Shown: in pieces, positions 28,033 through 38,134 of the stretch
How positions within the stretch are numbered: position 1 is the stretch's first letter
Layout of the letters: each line of letters begins with the position of its first letter
Assembly: GCA_001794125.1 (NCBI GenBank)
Contig: MGJF01000002.1
Coordinates: 37,751 to 101,750, forward strand
Direction: 5' to 3'
Length of the DNA: 64,000 nucleotides
Source: Candidatus Yanofskybacteria bacterium RIFCSPHIGHO2_01_FULL_43_32
GTDB taxonomy: Bacteria; Patescibacteriota; Minisyncoccia; 2-02-FULL-40-12; GWA2-44-9
The notes under the pieces: model-generated
What the model was told of the DNA's origin: nothing
Databases searched by the model: none
What the model saw: only the letters and a program-made list of their open reading frames with translations
Made by a program: the position numbers and the translations under genes

Positions 28033-29177
28033 TTAATAAAAAAATAGCTTACATATCGGGTACGAGAGCAGATTTCGGGTTAATGACTCCTGTTTTGGCT
28101 GCAATTAAAAAAAGCAAGAAACTTGATTTAAAACTATATGTAACCGGTATACATCTGATGCCGGAATTCGGTAATACGATCAAAGAGATTAAAAAACAAT
28201 TTCCGGAGATAATTGAAGTTAAGGCCGTATTTGAAAGTGATGAAAAACAAGCCATGGCTGAGTTTGCGAGTATTTTGATAAGTAAGTTGGTCAGTCTTTT
28301 TGAAAAAGACAGGCCGGATTTTGTGCTAACACTAGGTGATCGGCCAGAGATGATTTCTGTTGCTTTGGTCTGTTTGTATCTCGGAATTCCTACGGGTCAA
28401 ATCCATGGGGGCGATAAAAGCGCTACTGTGGATGAAATTGCCAGACATGCAATTACAAAGCTTTCTCATTTGCATTTTCCTGCAACAAGAGAGGCGGCGG
28501 AACGAATCAAAAAAATGGGCGAGGAAAGTTGGCGGATAAAAGTTGTGGGCGCGCCAGCTTTAGACGTAATTATGAATGAACAATTGCCGACCAGAGAGCA
28601 ACTTTTTAAAAACCTTGGTCTTGACCTAAAAAAGAAAGTAATTTTAGTTACCCAGCATCCGGTAAGTGAAGAATACGAAAAATCCGGAAGCCAAATGGCA
28701 GAGATTATATCCGCGATAAAAACTTTTGAATTGCCCGTAGTGATTATCTATCCGCATGCTGATGCCGGAGGGAGAAGAATAATATCCGAGATCAATAAGG
28801 AAAACAAAAATCCAAATTTTCATATTTTCCCGAGCTTGCCTCATAAAGATTTTTTAGCTCTTGAGAGGGAAGCGGCCGTCTGGGTCGGGAATTCTAGTGC
28901 TGCCATGATAGAATCAGCTTCTTTCGGGGTTCCCATAGTTAATATTGGTGGTCGCCAATCAGATCGACAAAGAGGACTTAATGTTTTAAATGTCGGTTAT
29001 GATAGGAATAAAATTAAGAGGGCTATGAAAAAATCTTTGTTTGATACTGCCTATCTTAAAACTCTAAAAAAAATAAAAAATCCATGGGGTGATGGAAAAA
29101 CCGGACAACGGGTGATGAAAACGCTTGAAAATATTAAAATTGATTCAAAATTATTAAATAAGCAGATAACTTATTAG
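28029..29177 (+). CDS. neuC: Hydrolysing UDP/GDP-N-acetylhexosamine 2-epimerase (NeuC/LegG-like)
   Basis: GTRADFG, LGDRPE, HGGD, RHAITKLSHLH, GNSS, NPWGDG. Confidence 0.9.
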   Translation: MINKKIAYISGTRADFGLMTPVLAAIKKSKKLDLKLYVTGIHLMPEFGNTIKEIKKQFPEIIEVKAVFESDEKQAMAEFASILISKLVSLFEKDRPDFVLTLGDRPEMISVALVCLYLGIPTGQIHGGDKSATVDEIARHAITKLSHLHFPATREAAERIKKMGEESWRIKVVGAPALDVIMNEQLPTREQLFKNLGLDLKKKVILVTQHPVSEEYEKSGSQMAEIISAIKTFELPVVIIYPHADAGGRRIISEINKENKNPNFHIFPSLPHKDFLALEREAAVWVGNSSAAMIESASFGVPIVNIGGRQSDRQRGLNVLNVGYDRNKIKRAMKKSLFDTAYLKTLKKIKNPWGDGKTGQRVMKTLENIKIDSKLLNKQITY

Positions 29178-29218
29178 AAAAGAAAGGTGTTTTTGCGCAA
29201 TAAATAAATAATTAGTCA

Positions 29219-30088
29219 ATGATGACATCTATTAAAAAACATGTTAAAAATAAGCAGCTTTTTAATAAGGGCCCTGACATGTCTGAGCGCGAAATAAAAA
29301 ACGTGATATTTATGGGTAAAAAGCCCTTGGCGGTAAGTGCTTTTGAGTATTTGCTTCAAAGGGGGATTAACGTAAAACTTGTTGTTGCAATGGTGGATGA
29401 ACCATTTGAAAACAATCTGGCCAATGCCGCTTTGTCTCATGGCATACCGTTATATACCGATCCGAAAGAGATTTATGAACTTATTGATTCAGGTGATGAA
29501 ATGTTCAGAGATGTTGATTTAGTTATTTCTTATCTTTTTTGGAAAAGAATGAAAAATGGCCTGATCAAATTGCCTAAGTGGGGATGCGTTAATTTTCATC
29601 CAGCACCACTTCCGGATTATAAGGGAAGAGCGGGATATAATACTGCAATTCTTGATAAACGTGATGATTTCGGGGTAAGTGCTCATTTTATAGATTCGGA
29701 GGAGTTTGACGTTGGGCCAATAATTAAAGTTACTAAATTTAAAATTGAACACGACAAAGAAACAGCTTATTCACTGGAGGCAAAAAGCCAGCAAAAAATG
29801 TTGGAACTGTTTAAAGAGGTAATTAATCTATTTACAAGTAACGAGGAGATTCAAATCTCTCCAAATTCCGGGGGGCTACACTTAACCGGTGAACAACTTG
29901 AAGAAATGAAAAAAGTTGATCTAGCCAAAGATTCTGCAGAAGAAATAGACCGGAAGGTAAGAGCTTTTTTCTTTCCTCCTTATACCGGGGCTAAACTAAT
30001 TGTAGGAGAAAAAGAATTTACTTTAGTTAATCAGGGGATATTAAATTTATTTCATGAAAAAATTAATAAAAAATTACCCAATAGCTAG
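29219..30088 (+). CDS. Formyltransferase family (sugar N-formyltransferase-like)
   Basis: NFHPAPLPDYKG, HFIDSEEFDVG; true start may be ATG 29279. Confidence 0.8.
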   Translation: MMTSIKKHVKNKQLFNKGPDMSEREIKNVIFMGKKPLAVSAFEYLLQRGINVKLVVAMVDEPFENNLANAALSHGIPLYTDPKEIYELIDSGDEMFRDVDLVISYLFWKRMKNGLIKLPKWGCVNFHPAPLPDYKGRAGYNTAILDKRDDFGVSAHFIDSEEFDVGPIIKVTKFKIEHDKETAYSLEAKSQQKMLELFKEVINLFTSNEEIQISPNSGGLHLTGEQLEEMKKVDLAKDSAEEIDRKVRAFFFPPYTGAKLIVGEKEFTLVNQGILNLFHEKINKKLPNS

Positions 30089-31190
30089 GCCTCATATCAC
30101 TCATACGGAAAGACGGCATGTTTTGGAGGTTTTAAGTTCCGGGTCTTTAAGTTTGGGACCAAAATATGCAATATTTGAAAAAGAATTTGCTAAAAAAATA
30201 GGAACTAAATTTGCATGTACGGTTTCCAGTGGTACGGCCGGTTTACATTTGGCTATGATAGCTGCGAACATACAACCAGGAGATGAAGTTATTACATCTC
30301 CTTTTTCTTTTGTGGCTTCAGCAAATTGTATTTTATACATGAACGCTACGCCGGTTTTTGTGGATATAGATTCTCTGACATACAACATGAACCCCGATAA
30401 AATAGAAGCGGCGATTACTTCTAAAACGAAGGCTATTTTAGTAGTTCATATTTTTGGCCAAACATCAGACATGACCCGAATCATGCAAATTGCCAAAAAA
30501 CATAATCTTAAGATTATAGAGGATGCCTGCGAATCTGTATGCGCAACCCATAAAGGGAAAAAGGCCGGAACTTTCGGTGAAACTGCCGTGTTTGCTTTTT
30601 ATCCAAACAAACAGATGACGACCGGTGAAGGCGGAATGATAACCACGAATAATGAAAAAATATATAAATTATGCGGGAGTTTAAGAAATCAAGGACGAGC
30701 AGAAAACATGCAGTGGCTAGACCATGAAAGATTGGGATACAACTATAGAATGGATGAAGTGAGCGCAGCTCTCGGTATCAGTCAGTTGGCAAGGCTGGAT
30801 AAAATGATAGAACAACGCAGGATTATCGCAGGATGGTATAATGAATATCTGAAACCGTACAAAGAATTGGTGCAAATACCCCAAGTATCACCAGAGAACA
30901 CTCATACATGGTTTGTTTATGTCGTTACTCTAAGCCATGCCAAAATTAACCGGGATAAATTAATTACAATGTTGTCTCGGTTGGGTGTCAGCACTAAACC
31001 TTATCTGCCGTCTATTCATCTTTTCAGTTTTTATAAAAACAGATTCGGCTATAAAAAAGGTGATTTCCCGATATCAGAAAAGATAAGTCATTCCGCTTTG
31101 GCTTTGCCGTTTTATATCGGTCTGAAAAAGGGGGACATTAAGTACATAGTCAAAACATTAATTGACACCATTAAAAGCTATGAAAAATGA
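30054..31190 (+). CDS. DegT/DnrJ/EryC1/StrS sugar aminotransferase
   Basis: SSGTAGLH, EDACE, FAFYPNKQMTTGEGG (catalytic Lys present). Confidence 0.9.
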   Translation: MKKLIKNYPIARPHITHTERRHVLEVLSSGSLSLGPKYAIFEKEFAKKIGTKFACTVSSGTAGLHLAMIAANIQPGDEVITSPFSFVASANCILYMNATPVFVDIDSLTYNMNPDKIEAAITSKTKAILVVHIFGQTSDMTRIMQIAKKHNLKIIEDACESVCATHKGKKAGTFGETAVFAFYPNKQMTTGEGGMITTNNEKIYKLCGSLRNQGRAENMQWLDHERLGYNYRMDEVSAALGISQLARLDKMIEQRRIIAGWYNEYLKPYKELVQIPQVSPENTHTWFVYVVTLSHAKINRDKLITMLSRLGVSTKPYLPSIHLFSFYKNRFGYKKGDFPISEKISHSALALPFYIGLKKGDIKYIVKTLIDTIKSYEK

Positions 31191-32184
31191 ATTTAAAAAT
31201 AAAATAATTTTAGTTACTGGCGGTACCGGATCTATTGGCTCAGAAATAGTCAAACAACTTTTGGAATATAAGCCCAGGCAGATTAGGGTATTATCAAGAA
31301 ATGACAGCAAGCAATATCACTTGTTAGAAAAACTTGGCCATCCTAAAAACGTCAGAACACTCATTGGGGATATTAGGGACTCCAACCGTCTTGATTTGGC
31401 TTTTGAAAATGTGGATGTAGTTTTTCACACTGCCGCTTTAAAACATGTTTCCTTGTGCGAATACAATCCTCTCGAGACTATTAAAACTAATGTTTTAGGT
31501 TCTCAAAATGTTATAGATGCTGCTTTTAAAAACGGTGCTGAAAAGGTTATAGCTATTTCAACCGATAAGGCCGCAAACCCCGGCAATGTGATGGGCTTAT
31601 CAAAATTAATGATGGAAAAACTCATGACGAATACTGGTTATTTTTCCGGAGGAAAAACAAAGCTTTCGTGTGTAAGGTTCGGTAATGTGGCATGGTCAGA
31701 AGCCTCAGTCTTGCCATTGTGGAAAAGTCAGGCTGAAAATAAAGGACAAATAAATCTTACTGATAGGGATGCAACCAGATTTTTTATGTCAACAGACCAG
31801 GCGGTTAAATTAGTCTTAAAAGCGGCTGAAATTATGCAAGGAGGCGAGGTTTTTATTTTAAAGATGCCTTCAATTAAAATGGCTGATCTTGCCCGTGTTT
31901 TTGTTAATAAACATTTTTCAAATAAAAAAATTAAAATTAAATCCACCAACAAAAGAATCGGTGACAGAACACACGAGGAATTGTTTGACTTTAACGATGA
32001 TCAGAAATTGGTGCTTGAAGATAAGCAGATGTTTGTCATATTGCCCAGAGAATCAAGAGAAAGAAATAAAATATATTCAGTGCAACCCAAAATGTCTGCA
32101 TATAAGGGATTTAAAACAATTACCAAGACAACCTATGCTTCCCAAGATTATTTAAACAAAGATGCGATAGGAAAATTGGTTTAA
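31180..32184 (+). CDS. UDP-GlcNAc 4,6-dehydratase/CapD-like polysaccharide biosynthesis protein
   Basis: TGGTGSIG, AALKHV, STDKA, VRFGNV. Confidence 0.85.
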   Translation: MKNEFKNKIILVTGGTGSIGSEIVKQLLEYKPRQIRVLSRNDSKQYHLLEKLGHPKNVRTLIGDIRDSNRLDLAFENVDVVFHTAALKHVSLCEYNPLETIKTNVLGSQNVIDAAFKNGAEKVIAISTDKAANPGNVMGLSKLMMEKLMTNTGYFSGGKTKLSCVRFGNVAWSEASVLPLWKSQAENKGQINLTDRDATRFFMSTDQAVKLVLKAAEIMQGGEVFILKMPSIKMADLARVFVNKHFSNKKIKIKSTNKRIGDRTHEELFDFNDDQKLVLEDKQMFVILPRESRERNKIYSVQPKMSAYKGFKTITKTTYASQDYLNKDAIGKLV

Positions 32185-32190
32185 CACAGA

Positions 32191-33162
32191 ATGTTTAATG
32201 TTTACATAATCGGGGCGGGTCAAATAGGAAGTCGCCACTTCCAGGCTTTAAAAAGGGTCAAATTTCCCCTGAGTGTAACCGTGGTTGATCCATCTGAACA
32301 GTCACTCGCAGTTGCCAAAAAGCGATATGAAGAAATGCCAAAAGGAAGGTATCGCCATGAGATAAAATATCTTCAAGAAATTGATACCGGACAGAAAATT
32401 GACTTGATTATTCTTGCCACTACATCTAATGTGCGGGCCAAGATTATTAAGGATGTTTTGAAAAAAAATCAGGTACGCTATTTCATTCTGGAGAAGATCG
32501 TTTTTAATAAAAAGAGTGACTATTATGCCGTTAAAAATATTTTATCAAAATCAAAAATTAAAGCCTGGGTTAATTTACCCAGAAGAATTAGGCCGATTTA
32601 TAAAAAGATCAAAGAACAATTAATTGGCCGTGTAGTTTCTGTTCGAGGTATTGGCAGCCAATGGGGTCTGGCATGCAATGCTGTACATTTTCTCGACCTG
32701 ATTTCTTATCTTACCGGAGATTGTGATTATACTGTTGACACTCATCATCTGGATAAAAAAATATCATTAAGCAAAAGAAGGGGCTTCTTGGAAATTCATG
32801 GAACTCTTTATGCTAATTTCAAAAAAGGAAGTCGTTGTGAACTTTCCAGTCATACTTCCGGAAACGCCCCACTTCTCATTGATATATCTAATGACAATAT
32901 ACGATATATTATACGGGAACCGGAGGGCAAATATTGGGCTTCTAATGCAAGGGATAATTGGCGCTGGGAAGAGGTTTCATTTAGAACCCCATTAGTAAGC
33001 GAAACAACAACTTTAATAGTAGAAAATATTTTGACAAACGGCGATTGCCCCCTTACTTCATATGAAGAATCTATAAAAACACACCTATTATTGCTGGAGC
33101 CATTAAGACATTTTTTGAATAAAAATTCAGAAAAAAAATATGAACACTACCCATTCACCTAA
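32191..33162 (+). CDS. Gfo/Idh/MocA oxidoreductase
   Basis: IGAGQIGSRH, ILEK, GLACNAVHFLD. Confidence 0.8.
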   Translation: MFNVYIIGAGQIGSRHFQALKRVKFPLSVTVVDPSEQSLAVAKKRYEEMPKGRYRHEIKYLQEIDTGQKIDLIILATTSNVRAKIIKDVLKKNQVRYFILEKIVFNKKSDYYAVKNILSKSKIKAWVNLPRRIRPIYKKIKEQLIGRVVSVRGIGSQWGLACNAVHFLDLISYLTGDCDYTVDTHHLDKKISLSKRRGFLEIHGTLYANFKKGSRCELSSHTSGNAPLLIDISNDNIRYIIREPEGKYWASNARDNWRWEEVSFRTPLVSETTTLIVENILTNGDCPLTSYEESIKTHLLLLEPLRHFLNKNSEKKYEHYPFT

Positions 33163-34084
33163 AATATTGCTAATCGGTTCTGGAAATATGGCTAAAGAAT
33201 ACGCCAGAGTATTGAAGGTCTTGAAAAAGGACTTTTTGGTGATAGGTAGAGGCGAAAAAAGCGCTTCAATTTTTGAAAAAGATGTCGGGGTACCAGTCGT
33301 AACGGGTGGTTTAAATAAATGGCTTGAAAATAAAACAAACAAAATACCGTCGGTGGCGATTGTTGCTACCAACGAAGAACAGCTCGGTCCGATAGCTCGC
33401 CTTCTTGTTCAACGTGGTGTGAAGTCTGTCCTTGTTGAAAAGCCGGGAGGCATGAATCTGAGCGATCTCACTAAGACTCAAAAAATTGCATTGAAAATGG
33501 GAGCGGAGGTTTTTGTTGCTTATAACCGCCGGTTTTATGCATCCACAATCAAAGCTAAAGAATTTATAAAACAAGATGGCATTTCTTCTTTTACTTTTGA
33601 TTTTACTGAACGAAGCGACCGTATAGCAAAGGCGGCTTTCTCTGCTAATGTCAAAAAAGAATGGCTTTTGACAAATTCAAGTCATGTAATTGATCTGGCG
33701 TTCTTCTTGGGAGGTAAACCAAAAAAAATAAAATGTTTTATGGCTGGAGGTCTGGATTGGCATCCGAAAGCTTCCATATATGCCGGAGCGGGGGTCAGTG
33801 AAAACGGAGCGCTATTTTCCTATCATGCAAACTGGGAGTCGGCGGGCCGATGGGGTGTGGAAATTCTGACACCAAAACGTAAACTTATATTAAGACCTTT
33901 AGAAAAACTGACTATTCAAAATAAGGATAGTTTGGTGACGGAGGAAGTGTTGTTGAATGATAGGTTGGACATTAATTTCAAGCCAGGTTTGTACCTTCAG
34001 GTTAAATCCCTCCTTGGCTCAAAAGCTAATTTGTTGACCATTCAAGAACAGGTTAAAAATGTAAGGTATTATAACTTAATTTAA
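33140..34084 (+). CDS. Gfo/Idh/MocA oxidoreductase
   Basis: IGSGNMA, LVEKPG, AYNRRFY, SSHVID. Confidence 0.8.
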   Translation: MNTTHSPKILLIGSGNMAKEYARVLKVLKKDFLVIGRGEKSASIFEKDVGVPVVTGGLNKWLENKTNKIPSVAIVATNEEQLGPIARLLVQRGVKSVLVEKPGGMNLSDLTKTQKIALKMGAEVFVAYNRRFYASTIKAKEFIKQDGISSFTFDFTERSDRIAKAAFSANVKKEWLLTNSSHVIDLAFFLGGKPKKIKCFMAGGLDWHPKASIYAGAGVSENGALFSYHANWESAGRWGVEILTPKRKLILRPLEKLTIQNKDSLVTEEVLLNDRLDINFKPGLYLQVKSLLGSKANLLTIQEQVKNVRYYNLI

Positions 34085-34089
34085 GAAGA

Positions 34090-34938
34090 ATGATTATTAT
34101 AAGATTATCGTTGGGTATGGGCAATAATTTATTTCAATATGCGTTGGGCCGTCGTTTGGCACTGGAACGCGAGACGGAATTATATTTGGATTTTTCGGGT
34201 GAAAATGAGAATCGCCGTCGCTATGCTTTGGGTTATATTTCTAAATTCAACATGATCAAAGCTGTAGCGATCAAAAGAGAAGTTGGAAAAATAAAATTAT
34301 TAAACAAATTATTTTTCTTAAACCCCAACTACAGAAACGCTGTCATTAAAGAGAGTGGAAATACTTTTGATCAAACTGTTATTAATGCTCCTAAGGACGC
34401 CTATCTTATGGGTTACTGGCAGAGTGAAAGATATTTTAAACCCGCGGAGAGTATTATAAGACAAGACCTTACACTTAAAGAACCGCAAGGGGAAAAATAT
34501 CAAGATCTTTTGGATAGAATTACACTATCTAATTCCGTGTCAGTTCATATCCGGCGCGGTGATTATTTGTTGGAAAAAAATTTACGCTTATTTCACCCAT
34601 GCACATCTGATTATTATCTTAAAGCCGAAGCGTTAATATCAGAAAAAGTATCTTCGCCTGAGTTGTTTATTTTTTCTGACGATATTGAATGGGTAAAACA
34701 AAATATCCCGTTTCGTTTTCCGGCCACTTTTGTTTCTGATGGCAGCCTAGCTGACTATCAGGAGCTTATGTTGATGAGCGCATGCAAACACAATATTATT
34801 GCCAACAGCACTTTTAGCTGGTGGGGCGCCTGGCTTAACAATAATCCTCAAAAAATAGTAATTACCCCTAAAAAATGGTTTATTGACCCGGCCACGGACG
34901 AAAAGGATTTAATACCTCCGACATGGGTTAAGATATAA
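34090..34938 (+). CDS. Alpha-1,2-fucosyltransferase family (GT11)
   Basis: GMGNNLFQYA, GYWQSE, HIRRGDY, FSDD, ANSTFSWW. Confidence 0.9.
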   Translation: MIIIRLSLGMGNNLFQYALGRRLALERETELYLDFSGENENRRRYALGYISKFNMIKAVAIKREVGKIKLLNKLFFLNPNYRNAVIKESGNTFDQTVINAPKDAYLMGYWQSERYFKPAESIIRQDLTLKEPQGEKYQDLLDRITLSNSVSVHIRRGDYLLEKNLRLFHPCTSDYYLKAEALISEKVSSPELFIFSDDIEWVKQNIPFRFPATFVSDGSLADYQELMLMSACKHNIIANSTFSWWGAWLNNNPQKIVITPKKWFIDPATDEKDLIPPTWVKI

Positions 34939-34964
34939 AATGAGCAGATTATAATATAAAAGCC

Positions 34965-35822
34965 ATGAACTATTCTCCCAAAAAAATAATCTCCAGAATA
35001 AAAAAGCGGTATCAAGAATACCAAAATTTTTGGCACTTAAGTGATGTTTTACAAAAAAACAACATCCTTCTTGATTCAAAAAAAGGTAAAACTTGCTTCA
35101 TTTTAGGTAATGGACCATCAATAAATAACCAGGACTTAACCTGCTTGGTCAATAAAGAAACCTTTGTAATGAATAATTTTTGGCGACATCCTCAGTATAA
35201 AATCATTCGTCCCAAGTATTTGTTGGCTGGTGATTTGGCAAGTTATGCTCAAAATAAAAGACCGGAAGTAAGGGGCGTGGATTTATCGGCCAGTAGTGTT
35301 GCCACATCACAGGTTCCCGAAACGAAGTTGTTTTTAAATAGCATAGCCAAAAAATATGTTGAAGAAAATAAATTGTTTTTACAAAATCAGATTTTTTATG
35401 TTCTGCAACAGGGTCACATGGATGAAAAGTTGCGTTTTAATATTGATCCAAGTAGGCCCATACCACTTCCTAAAAATTCTGCCATATTAGCTTTGATTAT
35501 TGCCGTACATATGGGTTTTGAAATCATTTATCTTCTTGGGTGTGAGCATGATTTTTTGGCTTATCCTGCCAAAAGGTCATATGCTGGTTTTGTGGGTTTT
35601 TATGATAAACCTAAAAAATCTTCTTCGGATATACCCGAAGTTCCTTTGTATCAAGAAGCTCGTTATGAAAATATGATAGAAAGCTGTTTGAAACTTTTCA
35701 GAAACTACAGACTATTGTCGGAAAAAATCGCTAAGCTGTATCCTAATGTCAAAATTTATAATGCAACCCCAAACAGCTTTTTGGACGTATTCCCAACTGT
35801 TAATTTTGAAGATATTAAATAA
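34965..35822 (+). CDS. DUF115/Maf-like protein, candidate nonulosonate transferase
   Basis: CFILGNGPSI, GFEIIYLLGCEH, IYNAT. Confidence 0.65.
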   Translation: MNYSPKKIISRIKKRYQEYQNFWHLSDVLQKNNILLDSKKGKTCFILGNGPSINNQDLTCLVNKETFVMNNFWRHPQYKIIRPKYLLAGDLASYAQNKRPEVRGVDLSASSVATSQVPETKLFLNSIAKKYVEENKLFLQNQIFYVLQQGHMDEKLRFNIDPSRPIPLPKNSAILALIIAVHMGFEIIYLLGCEHDFLAYPAKRSYAGFVGFYDKPKKSSSDIPEVPLYQEARYENMIESCLKLFRNYRLLSEKIAKLYPNVKIYNATPNSFLDVFPTVNFEDIK

Positions 35823-36796
35823 TGGAACCAAAAATCTCGGTTATAATGACGGCATATAATTCGTCTAAGCACATCGGCGAAGCGATTTTAAGTATTTTAA
35901 ATCAGACACTTGAGGAATTTGAGCTCATTGTTGTTGACGACTGTTCACTTGATGACACATCTGAAATCGTAAGACGATATGCTGATAAGGACCCGAGAGT
36001 GATTTTGTTAAAAAATACGGTCAACTTAAAACCTGCTCTTTCCAGAAATAAAGCACTAGAAATTGCGAGGGGTAAATATGTCGCCGTATTGGATTCTGAC
36101 GACGTTTCACTACCTAATCGTTTAAGAGAACAGTATGATTATCTTGAAAGAAATCAGGACGTAGTTTTGGTTGGTTGCGCTGCCGAAATCATTGATGATA
36201 ATGGAAAAATTCTGGGACGAAAATATTATCCTAAAGATTTTAAAGAAATTAAATTTGTCTTGCTTTTAAAGAACCCGTTTGTTCATTCGGGAATTTTGGG
36301 TAGAAAACAAGCTATGACAGAGTTTGGATATTCAAACGACCATCTTCACTCCGAAGATTTAAAGTTATATTCAAATCTTGTCAGTAAATACAAAATTACA
36401 AATCTGGACAACATCCTTATAAAATATCGCCAAAGCGCCGGTTCCGTTACACTGGAACCGGAAACCAGACAAATACAACTGGCTAACGCAAACAAAATCC
36501 ACCACGACCTGATTAATCAATATCTGTTCGCTTCACCTGTTAAAGTAAAGATTGCCATTGAAACTATCCATAAAATGAGACACGACTTGTTTTCTATTTT
36601 AAGCACGATAGTTTTCTGCCGGCGCCTAACCCTTTCTTATGTTGAAAAAGAGCAGCCAAATATCGAAACCCGCAAAACTATTTGGAGTATATATTCCAAA
36701 GAAAAAGAGATGCTTCTTGGTCAAATTTTCCGTGTTCATGTGCCAAAATTATATTCCGCCGCTAAAAAAACCTACCGAGTTTTATCTGGCAATTAA
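35822..36796 (+). CDS. GT2 glycosyltransferase
   Basis: SVIMTAYN, VDDCSLD, LDSDD, SEDL. Confidence 0.9.
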   Translation: MEPKISVIMTAYNSSKHIGEAILSILNQTLEEFELIVVDDCSLDDTSEIVRRYADKDPRVILLKNTVNLKPALSRNKALEIARGKYVAVLDSDDVSLPNRLREQYDYLERNQDVVLVGCAAEIIDDNGKILGRKYYPKDFKEIKFVLLLKNPFVHSGILGRKQAMTEFGYSNDHLHSEDLKLYSNLVSKYKITNLDNILIKYRQSAGSVTLEPETRQIQLANANKIHHDLINQYLFASPVKVKIAIETIHKMRHDLFSILSTIVFCRRLTLSYVEKEQPNIETRKTIWSIYSKEKEMLLGQIFRVHVPKLYSAAKKTYRVLSGN

Positions 36797-36814
36797 AAAG
36801 TGTATGCTGTTATT

Positions 36815-38134
36815 ATGAATCTTAAGAAAAGGTTTCAATATTTTTTTAATCATAAGTTTGTTCGGCGGACGGCTACTTTGCAAATAGGAAGTTTTGGGGG
36901 GACAATTGTTCAGGCGGTGGTCGGCATACTTTTAGCCAGGCTTTTGCAGCCGGAGCTTTTGGGTATTTATTCTCTTGCTTTCGGATTAGCGGCTACAACT
37001 TCTTTGGTAATTGGCATGGGAATTCAGGAGGCGGTTTCAAGTTTACTGGGCAGATCTTACGCGCAAAAGGATAAAGCCGAGACAGAAAATATTCTTGGCT
37101 TTATGTTCAAGATAACTTTTTTTGCCGCCCTGATAGTGTTGGTTTTTAGTTTTTTTCTGCCGAACATAGCGGATAGATTATATGGTGATTCGGTTATTGG
37201 TATTTATGCTTCAATTATTGTTGTCGCGGTGATTCTGTCATCGTTTTTCTTTACTCTCGCGTACTCTGCTTTTCAGGTTACCGGCAGAATCAGATCCCTC
37301 ACATATTTAATCGTTATCGACCAATCATTGAGATCCGGCCTGTCTTTGGTTTTGGTTATGGCCGGTTTTGGAGTTTTAGGAGCGGTTAGCGGACACCTGG
37401 TCGGGGCTTTGATACTATTTATTTCCTCGGCATTGTTGTTTGTAAATTTAAAAATAAAGGATTCTGTTTTTCCGGATTTACGCCGGCTGATTATTAGCGC
37501 AAAGAGCATAAGTCTAAAAAAATATTTCGGTTTTACTTTCTGGGTCGCTTTGGACAGGAATATGGGCAACTTATTTATGGCTTTGCCGGTTATTCTTACC
37601 GGTATTTATGTTACTGTTTCCGAAGTTTCTTTTTTCAGACTAGCTTTCGGATATGTTAATCTTGCCTTAAGTTTGCTTGGTCCGGTATCGGTGCTGTTAA
37701 ATGTTGAATTTCCCAAGTTGCATATTGAAAACAAGGAAAAATTAGCTGAAAATTTCAAAAAAGTTTCTTTATATTCCCTTGCGCTTTCTATTTTTTTGAC
37801 TGTTACCGCGGTTGTTATTTCTCCCATAGCGTTCAAAATATTTTATGGAGAAAGTTTTTTGCCGAGTGTGCCTTATGTGGCCGGACTGATTGTTTATGGC
37901 GCTTTGTATGGTATCGGAGTGGGTTTGGGCCCGATGTGGCGGGCAATCAACAAGGTTAAGATTTCAATATTGATAAATTCTGTTATTCTTGGCATGGGTA
38001 TTCCACTGGGTCTATGGTTAATAAAGAGTTATGGACTTTGGGGGTCGGTTATTATGGTGACGGTGTGGTTTTCGGTTTCACATCTAATTTCTTTTATTTA
38101 CCTTATAAAAAAACTAAATATTAAAAATGGCTAA
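36815..38134 (+). CDS. wzx: Oligosaccharide flippase (Wzx/MOP family)
   Basis: Many hydrophobic helices; ARLLQPELLGIY N-terminal pattern; glycan-locus context. Confidence 0.75.
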   Translation: MNLKKRFQYFFNHKFVRRTATLQIGSFGGTIVQAVVGILLARLLQPELLGIYSLAFGLAATTSLVIGMGIQEAVSSLLGRSYAQKDKAETENILGFMFKITFFAALIVLVFSFFLPNIADRLYGDSVIGIYASIIVVAVILSSFFFTLAYSAFQVTGRIRSLTYLIVIDQSLRSGLSLVLVMAGFGVLGAVSGHLVGALILFISSALLFVNLKIKDSVFPDLRRLIISAKSISLKKYFGFTFWVALDRNMGNLFMALPVILTGIYVTVSEVSFFRLAFGYVNLALSLLGPVSVLLNVEFPKLHIENKEKLAENFKKVSLYSLALSIFLTVTAVVISPIAFKIFYGESFLPSVPYVAGLIVYGALYGIGVGLGPMWRAINKVKISILINSVILGMGIPLGLWLIKSYGLWGSVIMVTVWFSVSHLISFIYLIKKLNIKNG

